The notes beneath the pieces are model-generated. The model saw only the letters and a list, made by a program, of their open reading frames with translations. It had not been told where the DNA came from and ran no database searches. Of a DNA stretch of 64,000 bases, positions 23,846-37,012 are shown piece after piece; within the stretch, counting starts at the first letter, position 1; the number at the start of each line of letters is the position of its first letter. The position numbers and the translations under genes were made by a program. Origin of the DNA: Laetmonice hystrix (lineage: Eukaryota); NCBI GenBank assembly GCA_965235115.1, contig OZ249440.1, positions 34,412,001 through 34,476,000 on the forward strand. The letters are read 5' to 3'.

Positions 23846-26800
23846 GGGGAGAGGGGGCACCTTGAGCCGTTTTTTACATTTTTTGCTGTAGAACCTAAAA
23901 TTTCAAAAGGCCAGACTTCCTTCATATACCAAAAGTAAGTTTAGATATTAAGCTAAAATCAACCAGTATCAACATTGGCTAGAATGTTTCCATCATGGCT
24001 AATTTGAAAAAAATCCAAAGTGGTTCAAGGTGCCCCATGGGAGGGGCACCTTGAACCATACCATGGGGTAGGTTGAACCTACGCCATGGTCACTAATACA
24101 GCAACAACACGTTATTACAAACCTTTATTGAACTTTAGCCATACTAATTGTCAAGTAACTTTACTTATTCCTATCGTCAGATAATCCCTGTCATGGGTCA
24201 TGTAGGCCCATACAACATCAAGATGGTAATGCAGTCCAGGAATGCTTATTCACAATTATACAGAGAAAGATTTACACTGAACTGTAACATCGAGGCCACC
24301 CTCTTCGTGCCACCTGTAGTGATGGGTTTTGGAAGGCACATCACTACATCTCCTCTCGCAATCTTAGCGTTATCCTCAATGTAGGGTTTAATAAATCGTC
24401 CAGCCATTTTCCTGGACTGTCTGTAGAATTCTACATCATATGCCTTTTCTGACTCTTCTTCTGTTATATCGGTTATTTGACCAACATAATAGACCCCCAT
24501 CTTCGAATTAATAGGTGTCAGTTTGATGAGCGCAAAATCACCAGTTTCTGGCTCTTTTGTTGCCAGCTTTGCTAATTCTAGCGGATCATCTCCAAACTCC
24601 TCTTCATAATCACTTGACTCGCCATGAAGAGAAATGCAGCCATCATCGTCGTCATCATCTGAACTCTCCTGGACAACAGGTTCAACTGCCTTCTTTCTTG
24701 ACTTTGAAGCCTTCTCTTTTGCCTTCTGCATTGCCCGCTCTTTCTCTGGTGTGCTCGTAATTAGCTTGCAACCAAGAACCGCTCTCTTAGCACGAGGTTT
24801 GCCTTCATCAACAGCTTTCCTCTTCGGCAGGGAACGAAGTTCAATGACCTCTTCAAAAGTTGTGTCATGCGAGGTTGAGGCTTCTGCATCATTATCATCA
24901 GCCCTCGTTGGGCTGTCATTGAGATTTTCACCGGGAGTGATGTTATTCGTTTCAGCTCCATCAGCTACAACGTTCGTAGGCCTACTGTCGTTGACGAAGA
25001 CTGCTGCTGCGAGAAATTCATCATCCGAGAAGATATCCGAGTTCAGGGGCCAAATCCCCGTTTTCTGAAAACCAGCCGAGATGTTCTCAAATGATAGGGC
25101 ATGATAAAACGCTCTAGAAAGGCATTCAGGCAGATCGTAGATGGTAATACGTTTCCCAGGGTTACTGAGATTCCACTCATTAACTGTTTTTTTGTAATGC
25201 GTTTTGAGTGGCCCATACACCGTCACATCAAGCGGTTGTAACTTGTGCGAAGTATGTGGAGGGAATGTTATTATTGAGAGTCCCTTTTCCCTTGCCATGT
25301 CAATTATGTCGATGCCCAGGTGACTTTCATGATTGTCCATGAAAAGAACGGCAGGTTTTTCAGTTGAGCAACCAATATGCTTGATGAAATGCTCAAGAAC
25401 CTTGGGAAAGAGTTCCCCATTCATCCAGCCACTCTTAGTGGCAAGTCCAAGGGTTCCTGCAGGAGCTCCTCTGATCATGTGTTCCTTAAAGTGGACTCTT
25501 GGAAAAATCATAACGGGTGGCAGTGCCCTACCAGCTGCACTCACAGCACAACAAACAGTCACGAGGGTGCCTCTTTCAGTTGCTGTAATTTGCCCGACCT
25601 GTTTCATCCCCCGTGCAGCCAGTACCTTTGGGATGCCCTGCACAGTAGTAATCCCTGTCTCGTCTAGATTGAATATGGATTCTGGACCATACTTTTTCTC
25701 TATCTGTGTTTTTGTCCATAGTTCAAAGAATGCTCCCACAGATTTTCTGTTGAAGGCTTGAGCTCTGGCCATACTGGTAGCCTCTGGAGCCCTTAGGGAA
25801 ATCTTTGGATGCCGCTTCATAAAGCCCTGCATCCAGTCCTTGCCTGCCATGGCATTATGTCGCCAACTTTCAGGGAATATCTTTTCTTTTTTCTCTGCAT
25901 ACTCAAAAGCAAGGCGCCTAACTGCTGCATACCCCAGTCCATAAAACATAAGGGAACAGGTGAGGACATATTGCTCAAGGCCATTTTCTTCTTCTTTTGT
26001 GAAAACCTGAAACGTGAAAGGGGAGGGCTGTAAATATGCCTACACAATACTCGCCATCCTCATCAGATACCCTACTCTGCAATGTTTTTTTTTTTCATAT
26101 GTAATTGATAAATATGCTGTTGATCTGTTTGATGAAAATTACAACCTGTCTAGTATTGAAATGTGGGACAAGTTCATCATTGGAACCAGCCTGCCCAGAC
26201 TGGCATTTCTTGACATATCTGGTTAACGTTGTTCTATTTATTTGCAGATCACGAGCAACTTCACGAACTGGACGTCCATTTTTGACTTCTTCAATGGCTC
26301 TTGCCATCAGGCCACCATCAGCTTTCCCTCGATCAGTCTTTGGCTTATAGCTGCGTACCATTTCCTAAAATATAAAAAATATATAAAAAACTATTTTTTA
26401 AGTTCCCAATTATAAAAGATATTACGGTAACATTGAATTTTTAATCTTGAAATACCAATAGTGACCTAATCTTATATAAAGACAGATACAGACAAGCATA
26501 TTTGTAAAGAACTAATACCCTAAATGGGCAATATCCTGCATATCATCAAGGTGGGGCACCTTGAACCATGGATCTACCTGCCCCTCTTTTGGAGGTTCAA
26601 GGTGCCCCACTCACCGCCATATGCAAATAATCATGCTCACATTTTTATGTCGTAAAACAGTCAGAAATTAATTACATTATAATTAGCCTGACATCTCAAA
26701 CGGTCAGTTTCAATTGGCAGACCAATGTTTTCTACTGCAGCTATAGTACTAGTAGAACAAGAACTTACCTTAAAATATTTGCTGTGGAGGTCAAAAAACT

Positions 26801-26975
26801 TGAAAATTGATGTCAACCTGCTAATAATATAGAACACATTTAAGGACCATGGTAGTTCACCTACTAGCCGCTAGGAGATCCTGCACCAGAGACCTCTATC
26901 GGATGATAGTTATAGTATGGGAATTAAGCCCCCTGGCTCAAGGTGCCCCTCGGCTCAAGGTGCCCCCCTCTCCCC
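23846..26975 (-). mobile_element. Full-length pogo-superfamily DNA transposon (3.13 kb)
   Basis: TIR ggggagagggggcaccttgagccg at both ends, TA TSD, subterminal ggggcaccttgaacc motifs at about 24022, 24042, 26554, 26594, 26935. Confidence 0.93.
24246..26361 (-). CDS. Intact two-exon pogo transposase (HTH + CENP-B-type HTH + DD35D), 658 aa
   Basis: Exon 1 26361-26146 (72 codons), GT-AG phase-0 intron 26145-26007, exon 2 26006-24246; NLDETG, FMDNHESH, LQPLDV. Confidence 0.9.
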
Positions 26976-27059
26976 TACTAGGGATCCAAGTAAATAATCC
27001 TACCACAGCATTTTGTCCTCCGACGTGTTTTCGCTGCGTATGCAGCACAAGTAGATTCT

Positions 27060-27350
27060 CAGGGTTCGCAGACTCCTGGAAACTCCTGGAAAGTCCTGGA
27101 AAATCAAAAATCCGTTTTCCAGTACTGGAAAGTCCTGGAAAACCAGTCAGACTCCTGGAAACTCCTGGAAAAATCATAAAATGCTTTGGAACAACATAAT
27201 GCTTGGGTTCAGTTTTGCTCTTTATTGCATTTAAAAATCACTGAAAAGTAATAAGTATTAGAACTTAAGTCCTGGAAAACTGCGATTTTATCCTGGAAAA
27301 CTCCTGGAAAACTCCTGGAATTTTGGTTTCCTCTAACTCTACGAACCATG
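27060..27350. mobile_element. hAT-like MITE with 5-bp TSD
   Basis: Ends cagggttcg / cgaaccatg, TSD attct, repeated tcctggaaa motifs. Confidence 0.75.
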
Positions 27351-28443
27351 ATTCTATACAACCAAACCTATAGATTTCTCCCGATAGCACATCTCCCGCC
27401 ATAATTTGCTATAGACAACCTCCCATCAACCCGTGTAATTGCATACTGTGTCACATCCTGCGTGTGCACTCTCTGCATGTGCTTAGTCACGTGCTTCGCT
27501 TCGTTCTAAAGAATTCAGCAGTTGCACTTGATCGTCCGGCATCAGAAAGCCACCTAAAAAATATTTTACGAAATCGGCAGAAAAGCAGGCAAGGGAGCTT
27601 CATAAACTTCGATTTCTCACACAAAATGAAACTAATAAGTCTGTCTTTGTTTACCAAGCTATAATAATGAAAGATCTCTTCATGAAAACATCAAAAGTTC
27701 TTTGAAATACCGATTTTTCACGTTTCCTCATAATATGCCCCTTTAATACTAAAAAGGGTAACAGACAAAATGCTTCCCTAAGGGCACGCGATATTGTTGA
27801 AAATGTGAAGAAGAATGAGAAGGGTGGTGTCAGGTAAATGTTTTAAGAATTGGTAATGTATTTTATCAGGTCCAACTGCAGGGTCGTGTGATTTTTTAAG
27901 AGAGCATCTTAGTTCTTCAATTGAGAAGACTAGGTTATACTCTTCTCTGATGTCAGTGTTGAAGTTTAGTTTCTGTTTCTCTTTACGAGCATGAATGGCT
28001 TGGAATTGAGGGAGGCAGTTCCTGGAGGAGGAGTTTGTTTAAAAGGTTGACTTAATGAGGCATGCACTGTCTTTTTGTCAGTGAAACATTGTAATATTAT
28101 GTATCAAAATATGTAGTTAACTATACTATGATGTCACAAGTGACAATGAAAGCACAACCAGATCGAACCCAGGCTATAAAATTGTAGCCAATGCAGAACG
28201 TGTTGACGGCTCTACCAGCCCAAGTCACCCGGCCAGTACAGGTTTTTGAGCAGCAGCACTCTAAAATAACACTGTTTCTAACTATAAAATAAGAATTCAT
28301 TTTTATAACATTCAGGTTTGCGTAAATATTAAGACTAAATACTGCCCACACTATTATCACCTAGAACGATATAATAAACACGTTCTGGGGTTTCAAGTGG
28401 GGGTTGAACTGGATAACCTCCCAAGTTCCCAACTTGTGGTGCG

Positions 28444-28596
28444 GGGCCCGTCTTACTAAGGTCTCGTTATTAACGATATCGTTAAGTTAGTATAGAAGTC
28501 AATGGGAGGCCACTAGTTAATAACCAGTCGGGCTCTCATTGGCTCCTATGTAATTTAACGATATCGTTAATAACCAGACCTTAGTAAGACGGGCCT
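28444..28596. mobile_element. PIF/Harbinger-type MITE (same family as 52029-52297)
   Basis: TIR gggcccgtcttactaaggtct / agaccttagtaagacgggcct. Confidence 0.8.
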
Positions 28597-29038
28597 CGGG
28601 ACTATAGTATGAAGAGGAATGCCCTCTGCCAATTATTGACCCCCACTTTTGCCAAGAGCGGCATATCTGATACTGTTTTTAGGGGGGGGGGGAGTGGCCA
28701 AGTGATTGCCGTTTACAGATGTGACATGCAGCCAAGGTACCGGTACTTCGTCATTTTTTTGCACACGGTTCCAACTAGATGGCAGCACTGATGCATACAA
28801 AGTGCCGTCGGTTCTGAATTTAGCAAATACATATTACACTGGGGGCAGCACTGAATCAAGTAAACTATAATGGTCGTCTTCTTTACTTTAGGGCTTTAGG
28901 GTCATTTAAATTAAAACCGGGGGGGGGGGGGGCAATGCCGCTATGGTTATTTTTCACCATGACCATGATTAATCTAACCAATGTTCTATTTGGTGTAACA
29001 CGTTAGGTAGTCTAGAGTTTAGCCCACTAGTTCACTAG

Positions 29039-29318
29039 CATAGTTGCCAACATTGGAGAGTGAAAAAGAGGTATAGATGCTTTTCTGGCCTGCGGAGCCG
29101 AAGGGACATTGGCCTGCTAGGGGGGTCCGTGGCATGCTCCCCTGGAAAAACAATTAAAAACTATAAGGTGCAAATCGTGCATTCTCCTGCAATCTAGGAT
29201 GAAAATCAACTTATGGAAGTCAGGCTTGGCATGAGGTAAAAGAACAAAACTGACAAAAGCGGTAGATTTTTAATCATCAGAACTCCTTATGCGGTAGGCG
29301 GTAGAGTTGGCAACTATG
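29039..29318. mobile_element. hAT-like MITE with 6-bp TSD
   Basis: TIR catagttgccaac / gttggcaactatg, TSD cactag. Confidence 0.75.
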
Positions 29319-29899
29319 CACTAGTTCTTTGTGCTAATAAATTAAATGAGGTAGTTTCCTCTATTAATATTTTAATTGAGGGGTTTCTTTTTTTTTTTGT
29401 ATCTAAGAGTTTTTCAGTATAAATACATATAGTAAATAAGTGCAATGATTTAAGTTTTTGAATATATTTTACATGAAACAGGCCTGTAACTTAGCCAAAA
29501 ACACGTCTTCTAGTACCAGGGGTACATCAGTTATGTGCAAAATCACCAACAATTCTACTGAAACCATGGTGCACAAAAACAGCTTGGAGAAGGTAGGTAT
29601 ATAGGGCCTATATGCTTATCCATAATGATAGATAATGAAAGTAGGCATGCAACATACATGTACATAAATATAATATGTGAGATTTTCTTAAAGTTAGTTA
29701 TCTAACAATAAAAATGTGTCCCCCTGCCCACCCCTACCCCTAAAATGCTGTCCAAATAGTAAAACAAGCTTTCTTTCCTCAGAATACCTTTTATTCCATC
29801 AATCATGTCTAAAATGTGTCGCTGGTTCGGTCCAAAAGGCCAGTATCCTGCTGGCCTCTGAAAGTTATGACCATTGAGACTTGCATGTAATAGAATGTG

Positions 29900-31900
29900 A
29901 CATTTTGTCAGAATAGATCAGAACAAAGCTATGCACAGAACCACTCCTGTCACAGCTCAAGAGATCTTTTCAGGGAGGAAATAATCAATGAAATCAATGA
30001 CCACTTCCATTGTTGTCTCCACGAGGACACAGAGCATGGTAGACTCCTGCGGCAGCTAAGAGCACAGAGTACCTCACTGATGACAAGAAACAGCCAATCA
30101 TCCTCCATTCTCTACAACTACAGGCCAATCACTGACCTTGTAGAAAGTGCAGATGTGCTACTGAAAGGGCATCATTCAAGAAATGAAAAACGGGTATTAA
30201 AAAATTAAAGTATGGAAAATAAACAGGGTTTTTAACATCAAAAAAGCCAAAATATTATGACTTTTCAGATTTGGAATGAATTATCATGAAGGAAACTTAA
30301 TGGAAGAACTATTTGCTTAATTTTTTCCCACGTCTCTTTTTCAGTTTCTTATAAATTTGTGCATGTGAAGAGAGTGAATCAAGTGTAGATCTTGTGACAG
30401 ATAGATAACATAATATGCTTTTAAATGTGTCCTCTTGGAAATTGTGCTTCACTAAGAATAACATGGAAAACTTAGATAATACTGTAAGAGAATGAAATGT
30501 AAAAAATCTTCTCAGTAAATTAATGCTTCATTTACAGAGTACCTTTCCTCTTCGATGCCATGTGTGCTGTTGCTGTACCGCAGAGTGGTGTGTTTACCAA
30601 AGCTTTGGTTCCGCCACTTGCTGCCTGCTACAGTATCCTGATGAAGGAGTGAGTGAGTAGTTGGGGTTTAACGCCCTCCTGATGAAGGAAAGATATCACA
30701 ATCTGTCATCATTTCAAAGCCCCACTACAGGGATTGCCACTAAAGGTGGCTTAGATGAAAGAGTAAATATAAACATATTACATAATAATTATAAGTGTAC
30801 TATGAGAATACCGTGCAAGATGATTAAACACCTAATATGGACGCTTGACATGGGTCGGTTGTTGGAAGCAGAACTGAATAACTACGCAGTTGGAATATAT
30901 ATCCACGCAAATAAAATGTATGGAATGCTCCTCATTCATATTCAGTTAACAAGGTTTAAACAAATAATTGTATCGAGTATGAACACAATAGGCCTACTAT
31001 TTACCTCACCGATTTCCTTTTTTAGTACGAAGGTAATCTTTGTTAATATAATTTTTGAGGTTTTTGTATTTACAAAATAGATATATTTATATTTTAGATA
31101 TATTTACATGAGTGTCGTCAAACATGAAATGAGTTCATATGTGTTGCAATGGGGGTTCACGAAATGGACACAAACATATTTTGCTAGCTTTAAATATCCA
31201 AACGTGTCTTTTTCTGTTTATTTCCCACAAGGCGCTAACTAGGCTGAACCAGTTGGGCCTTGTACTTTCCACCAAATCACGCATATCACTCCAGGAAGCA
31301 GCTATGTACATGGCACAAAAACTCATTGTAACACATTTGAGGAAAAATCCAATGGTGAAAATAACAGGTAGAATTGCATCTCCAAATTACCAAAGTAGCT
31401 CAAGGATGATTTGTTCCTAAACTAGGAAAGGTTATAACTATACTGAGAACACGATCATGAAGAAGAGAATCACTTTTTTTGTATCTAATAATGTTTTATA
31501 CAAACATTTATTATACCTTTCCTAAAGGTATAATACCTGCCCGCTGATTTTGGTGGCTGTGTGCCAGCAGGGTCTGCAGCGAAGTAGGTTGAAACGTAAG
31601 GTCTCAGATTACTACTTCTTTTGTTTATATTAACAACAGCCTTGGTCAAGTAAGGTCTATAGGTCTAAATGTAACAGGTATTATATAGGCCTAGGTGTGA
31701 TAATAAAGTATAAAAACAAGTTACTATTACAGAGAAACCTATATGTTCCCTGATAGGTTATTTCATTCTGCCAATTTGGACAAGGGTACCTGTAGTCATA
31801 CGGGGATTTGCAATATATTGACGTGACTCCTTACACACATGGATACCACCACATGACTGCCAGCTAAATTGTGTCGGAATATACTGCCCTAATCCTAAAG
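29900..31900 (+). pseudogene. Degenerate multi-exon transposase-like gene (possibly AcademH/DUF6589 type)
   Basis: Exon remnants LAACYSILMKERYHNLSSFQ...GGLDER, ALTRLNQLGLVLS...VKITG; family assignment from memory of the motif. Confidence 0.4.
30649..30676 (-). mobile_element. 28-bp retroposed stub with TCAC tail
   Basis: gggcgttaaaccccaactactcactcac between 13-bp TSDs tcctgatgaagga (30636-30648, 30677-30689). Confidence 0.9.
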
Positions 31901-32103
31901 AAAATGGATCTGGATGACGATGGTAAGTGTTAATTGTAATAAGCCGAATCGCGGTTCCAACTGCACATGTTCTGTAGCGCGCTATGGACTTCCGGGTCAG
32001 GGGTCATTAGGGATAAACAAACAGACAACGTGCAGTGTCACCGGCCGTGTCGATCACACTGGGTCTGCATGGGGGTATACTGCACTAATACGTTTCCACC
32101 CCT

Positions 32104-33309
32104 ACACGCTGTTGGATCGATCTGGAGTATTAGTGTGGGCAAGCAGTACTAATGTGGAGATTTGAAGTACTCGTGTGGGATCCACGACTCCTGAGATAAG
32201 TCGGAGACCAAAAAAGCCACCTAAACTGGTATAAACCTAGTAGATTTGGACAAACTTACGTCTATGCATGAATCTTTCATGACCTGACAGCTTGTAGGTC
32301 CATGCAAGTCTTGCATAAAAACAACCAAATTCGGCAACAGTTTTACTTGTGTAGGAACAAATCACATTATTGTCACTTACTTAATTATATGACTTCATCT
32401 GAATTGAAATGAACATTAGTAAAGCATTAGTAAGCTTCTAATCAAGACAAAAAAGAAGCACCCTTATTTTCAAAGTGCATGCCAGTATGCGTGTGGGAGA
32501 GTCAACAGTACTCGTGTGTTGTCTGAGGTCTCAGGATCCAGATTCGAGGCTTATCAAACACTACAAGGAGTTATGATAATTACCAAAGAGACATCGCTGA
32601 TAGGATTAGGCTTATTTGTTTGCTTCATATTGGCAGAACCTATTGCGTGGGGAATTTTGTACCAAAGCTATAGAAAAAACCTGAGTCATGTGCACTGATC
32701 TCTACATTTAGCCAACCAAATTTCTGGCATCCCCGATTTCAGTTAGTGCCCCACCAATTTATCAGGTGTTCTTCTTTAAACTTCGGCACACTTCATCAGC
32801 TGTATATCTTCATCATCTTCATTATTTGATTACACACAACTAGTGAGAAGCCACCTTTTGACACCCACATGAGTACTGTTTAATACTGCTTTGTACAGTT
32901 TAATTATATAGGTTTATATTGTCTATAAACAGGAAACAAATTAGGTTTAGTTTCTTTGAACTATTTGAGGGAAAATAATGCTGAATAGGATGTGCTACAC
33001 CAGCAAAAACTTCTAAAAGAGACATGTTTCTACAACAAAGTGGCATCAAGATTGAAGGTCATCAATTTCTGCAGACGTAGCACAGCAAACTGGATAAGAG
33101 GTAAAAATAATGAGCACACCAGTCTACAGCAGAGTCATTCCCATGCTGCATGGACATCTTAAATAGATACCTGTGCATATTTACCGACAGACAGACGGTT
33201 TTCCTCCAGATGATGTTCTGAACCACAACTAATAACACACGAGTACTTCAAATCTCCACATTAGTACTGCTTGCACACACTAATACTCCAGATCGATCCA
33301 ACAACGTGT
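32104..33309. repeat. About 74-bp inverted repeat pair (32104-32177 and 33236-33309)
   Basis: Arms are reverse complements with 2 mismatches; no TSD seen. Confidence 0.85.
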
Positions 33310-33735
33310 CCTAGCTGTCATATCAATCAATACGACTATCCTTTGTGTAAATGGTTTCCTTCTGTGATATAGGCCTAGATGTTACTTTAGTTTAGATGAC
33401 GTAGATCTACAGGTGCCATGGCAAGGAACTGTCGGAACGGGTGGGGGGGCACTCACAAGAGGGGGTGGCCCGAATATCCTTGTCCCCCCCCCCCCACACA
33501 TTTTGTGAGACCATGTAGCCATAGAATATCTAACGCTCTAGCCATCTTCTCTCTAAGTTGAAGAATAAATTACTTTTTTTCAGTCCATATTCCCTATCCA
33601 TGCAGGCAGAGCCCCTGTCCATTTCTCCTGTCCATCAATCCTCCCCAACCTGCGCAACCTGAAGTTAGGTACGGGTTTCCAGTTCAGGGCCTAGAGGACC
33701 AAGCCGACATTACTCATCTACCGTATAGGACTTAA

Positions 33736-34124
33736 CCCATTAAGGACGGGTGATGCCTTGAGGCATTCCCGGGCGGGGGCCGGATGATGCCCTGAGGCAT
33801 TCCCGGGCGGGGGCCGGATGATGCCTTGAGGCATCATTTGACTTACGTCAGAGCCCATTGTGTATAGAGCGACAGGGCAGCGCTGTGACGTAACGTCACA
33901 ATTGAGTGCTAGCTGCGCTGGACCTAGACCAACTCTAGACTCAATTCCCTACTTTTGTCTAAAACATGGATCATTTTTCTGGATATGACCGTGATTGGAA
34001 GCATGGAAGGCAATCTGTTATCACATGTGGCCGCCCAGAATGGCCCGTCCTTACGGCACATTCACGCAATTGTTACGTCGTCACTAGTGCACGTCTCGGC
34101 CACAAGGGGCCCGTCTCGAAAGGG
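33736..34124. mobile_element. piggyBac-like MITE
   Basis: TTAA-CCC...GGG-TTAA; three internal gatgccttgaggcat palindromic repeats. Confidence 0.8.
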
Positions 34125-34337
34125 TTAAAGGATAACGTCCTAAAAGGTCATCCTGGCACACTAAAGAAAAGGGGGTCTCCAGCCCCCCCCCCCCCCAATC
34201 CCATTATATATACCCTGTAACCACTTGTCATTAGCTTGTCGTGTTTTCCTACCAGATTTTAAAGATTAGTCTGCACGAAATAGGGGGGGGGCGCCTCCTG
34301 CCCCCCTCCCAGCTGGATCCACCACTGGTAATTTAGC

Positions 34338-35304
34338 TACCTTCATCATCCTGAATGTTGACGTCATCTAGATTTTGTCCGAGTCTCAATCCTTCTCCTC
34401 TCTTCTCCATTGCCATAAGAAGTTTGGATACCTTTGCTACTTGGAGTATCTGGTCGGGCAACCGGTAATATTCCCAATGGACTCTTATATCATGCCCTAA
34501 AAATCTTGCAAGAATGTCTAGTTCATGCTCTTTCAAGTTGAGAACCTGACTCATTGTAGCGATTTGCTTTCTTAGCTTTGTAGAGTGAGGAAGTTGGGGT
34601 TCTTTGGCACCGTTTTCTTTGTCCCTGAAACAATCTGAACCCCTGACGTGATCCAGTGAGCCATAGTTGGATCGAGCAAACACAGGTATTTTCTGTGAGA
34701 ATTCCAACCCTGGGTCAGGTCTCCATCAGGATATCAAGCCATCCTTTTGTTTCTTCTCAATCTGTCATCAGGATAGGCACCGTTCTTCCATGATGAAAGT
34801 GCCTGCTAAGATTTTGTTCGAGGCTTGTCAATCTTTCCATAACCAAACCTTAGAGGCTGCCTTCTCACTCTCTTGCACTTGTGTCTTTAAGAATGTAGCA
34901 GCTGCCATTCCTTTTTCTTTAAGATGTTTTGCCAAAATTCGAACATCATCTGCGAGAGGGAGTGGTTTTACTTTATTTCTCTTCTGCTCGTACAAGGTTT
35001 GCAAGGCATGCGAGGACATCTCCTCAGTTCAATTTATATCCAACACCTTCAGGAAGGATTTAACCTTCTTTTGTCTTTCATCGTTGTCTGTCTCAATCGC
35101 TTGACCTTGGCAGATTCTGGCGCATTTTTTCAAACCGTGGCCGAGATGGCGTCTTGCAAGTATGATCCTCACTTTCCAAACCTGCAACCCGTCTTGCTGC
35201 TGCAATGATGGCTCTAAATGTATCTGGATTGATGAAGTCATCCAGCTTTGCATCAGGTTGTCCACTAACTGTACACAACTGCAAAAGGAGACGCGCCATC
35301 TCTC
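34338..35304 (-). pseudogene. Tyrosine-recombinase-like gene of CryptonV type, frameshifted
   Basis: REMARLL...DFINP, KRNKVKPLPLADDV, STKLRKQIATMSQVLNLKEHELDILARFLGHDIRVHWEYYRLP. Confidence 0.75.
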
Positions 35305-35307
35305 TTA

Positions 35308-37012
35308 GGCTGGGACTCCATGTGTACGGAATGCGTAATGCGTTGTGCGGGAAGGTGTGCGGCCTGGGGTATCCGTTCACATGAGGGGACGTGACTCCAT
35401 GTGTGCGTCAGTCACCGGTGCTTAAGCGACCGACACAACATGGCCCCATTGAGACAGGTAGAAGAAGATGAGGAGGAACTTCTGCTTCTCCTAACAGGCA
35501 CCTGGCTCTTAAAGCACAGGAAAGCCATCAGACAGCATCGGTGGTGGGTGCGTGACGTATGGAGAAGGAGAAAGACGCAGGGCGCATACCATCGATTAGT
35601 GCAAGAGCTTGGTTTCGATGGTGAGCCGAACCCCCCCCCCCCCTCCCCCGAAAGTGTTGAAATTGTGCTCTAGTGTATTCTGAGACATTTTCATGTTTCA
35701 ACTGACCTTTTTTCCTGATTTGTTGAAGTTTTTACTAGCTGGGGTTTATGGGATAACATTTTATTTTTTTAATCTTTATGGATTCCTTCTGATCTCCAAA
35801 AAAACAGTACCTTTCAGACCTTGCAAGGTTGGTCTTGTCGACCATCATGATCACGTACACCCCTCCCCCATTCCTTATTCAGCATAGCTAGCTATGTTCC
35901 TTATAATTTGTCATAGCTAAAAATCAACTTGGAGTTTGCTGTATTTATATGTATATTTCCTTCAGATATATAACTCATTTATAACCTTTCGATACAGGGT
36001 GTCCAAGGGATTTTGTATTATAAATTCCCAGACTTTTCCCCAATTTCCCCGGATTCTGTATTATCATTTTGTCATATCTCATATGGCCTTCTCATCACCC
36101 CTTACTGCATGCCGATCCACCAACATATTCATACAAGACAATACAATTCATAGTACATGTATAATAGCATTACGTAAATTTTGAACGGCCCGTTACAGAT
36201 TACTTGACATGAACATAATTTGAACAAATTATTTCTGACTAATATTATATGGTTTGGATGGAGGGCATAACATTATTGGTCTCGGGTCCCCACAACCCTA
36301 GATCCAGCACTGGTAATTAAACATCTGCGACGTGCAAGGTTCACTTTTGATACTACTGGCACCTTTTCCATTTTATGTTAAAGTGTTTGAGCGAAAGAAA
36401 TAAACACAATTTTTAAAATAAGGTTTATTGTATGTTTTCTCTATGGAGATGTCCAAATGTTCCCCTAATTTCGTTTCTCAGGAGGGGGACGGAGGACAGA
36501 GAACCAAATAATTTTGTTTCTTTTTGGTCTCATGTTCTTTTGCTACGGTCCTTTACAGTACAATTCACCGTCAAAATTCGCAATATTCATCGCTTTGGCA
36601 ATGCTGTCCCAAATATTGCTTATCAGTTGAGCGTCTCTGTGGTCTCTACTTGATGCATCATAGATTGGAGGATTCTGTCGCATCAATTCTATCAGCTTCT
36701 CTATAACAGATGCAGCCATCGTCTTCGTCGTCGATATTTCAACTCTGTGTAGAGATCTCCAAGTCGTGTGTAGAGATCTCCAAGTCGGGTCTCTAGAGCG
36801 CTGAAGCGTGTCCAAATTATGTCATTTCTAGTTTGCCGCGTGTTCCGGAAAAATTCGAACACCGAGCGATTGGTCCGTGCACGCTTCACGCAACCCGCAC
36901 GACGGAGTACGCTTCACGGATATATGGAGTCACCTGAATGGAAATGTGTAGGAGCGATTTTCCGGCAGCACGCACTCCGCACCACGCATTCCGTACACAT
37001 GGAGTCCCGGCC
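35308..37012. mobile_element. Internally deleted PIF/Harbinger transposon
   Basis: TIR ggctgggactccatgtgtacggaatgcgt at both ends, TTA TSD; transposase N-terminus (+, 35440-35620, RWWVRDVWRRRKTQGAYHRLVQEL) converging on a MADF exon (-, 36565-36719). Confidence 0.88.
36565..36719 (-). pseudogene. MADF (Myb/SANT-like) DNA-binding protein, first exon
   Basis: MAASVIEKLIELMRQNPPIYDASSRDHRDAQLISNIWDSIAKAM followed by a gtgaat donor. Confidence 0.8.

Larger units (their letters stand above)
23785..27742. mobile_element. Non-autonomous TTAA-specific element (Kolobok-like) hosting the pogo element and a hAT-like MITE
   Basis: TIR aggggcatgctatga / tcataatatgcccct, TTAA TSD, purine-start termini. 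Confidence 0.75.
21527..28047 (-). mobile_element. Nimb-like LINE ORF2/3' end carrying five nested DNA elements
   Basis: Tail at 21527; RNase H and RT pieces resume exactly across each insertion (e.g. gatc-TTAA-tactaaaaag). Confidence 0.92.

Noticed and set aside
24557..26033. Plus-strand ORFs over the pogo gene, and similar short antisense ORFs over LINE copies
   Set aside because: Shadow frames of the real coding strand
30638..30692. Hammerhead ribozyme (CUGAUGA...GAAA)
   Set aside because: The repeated ctgatga is the TSD and the required three stems are absent
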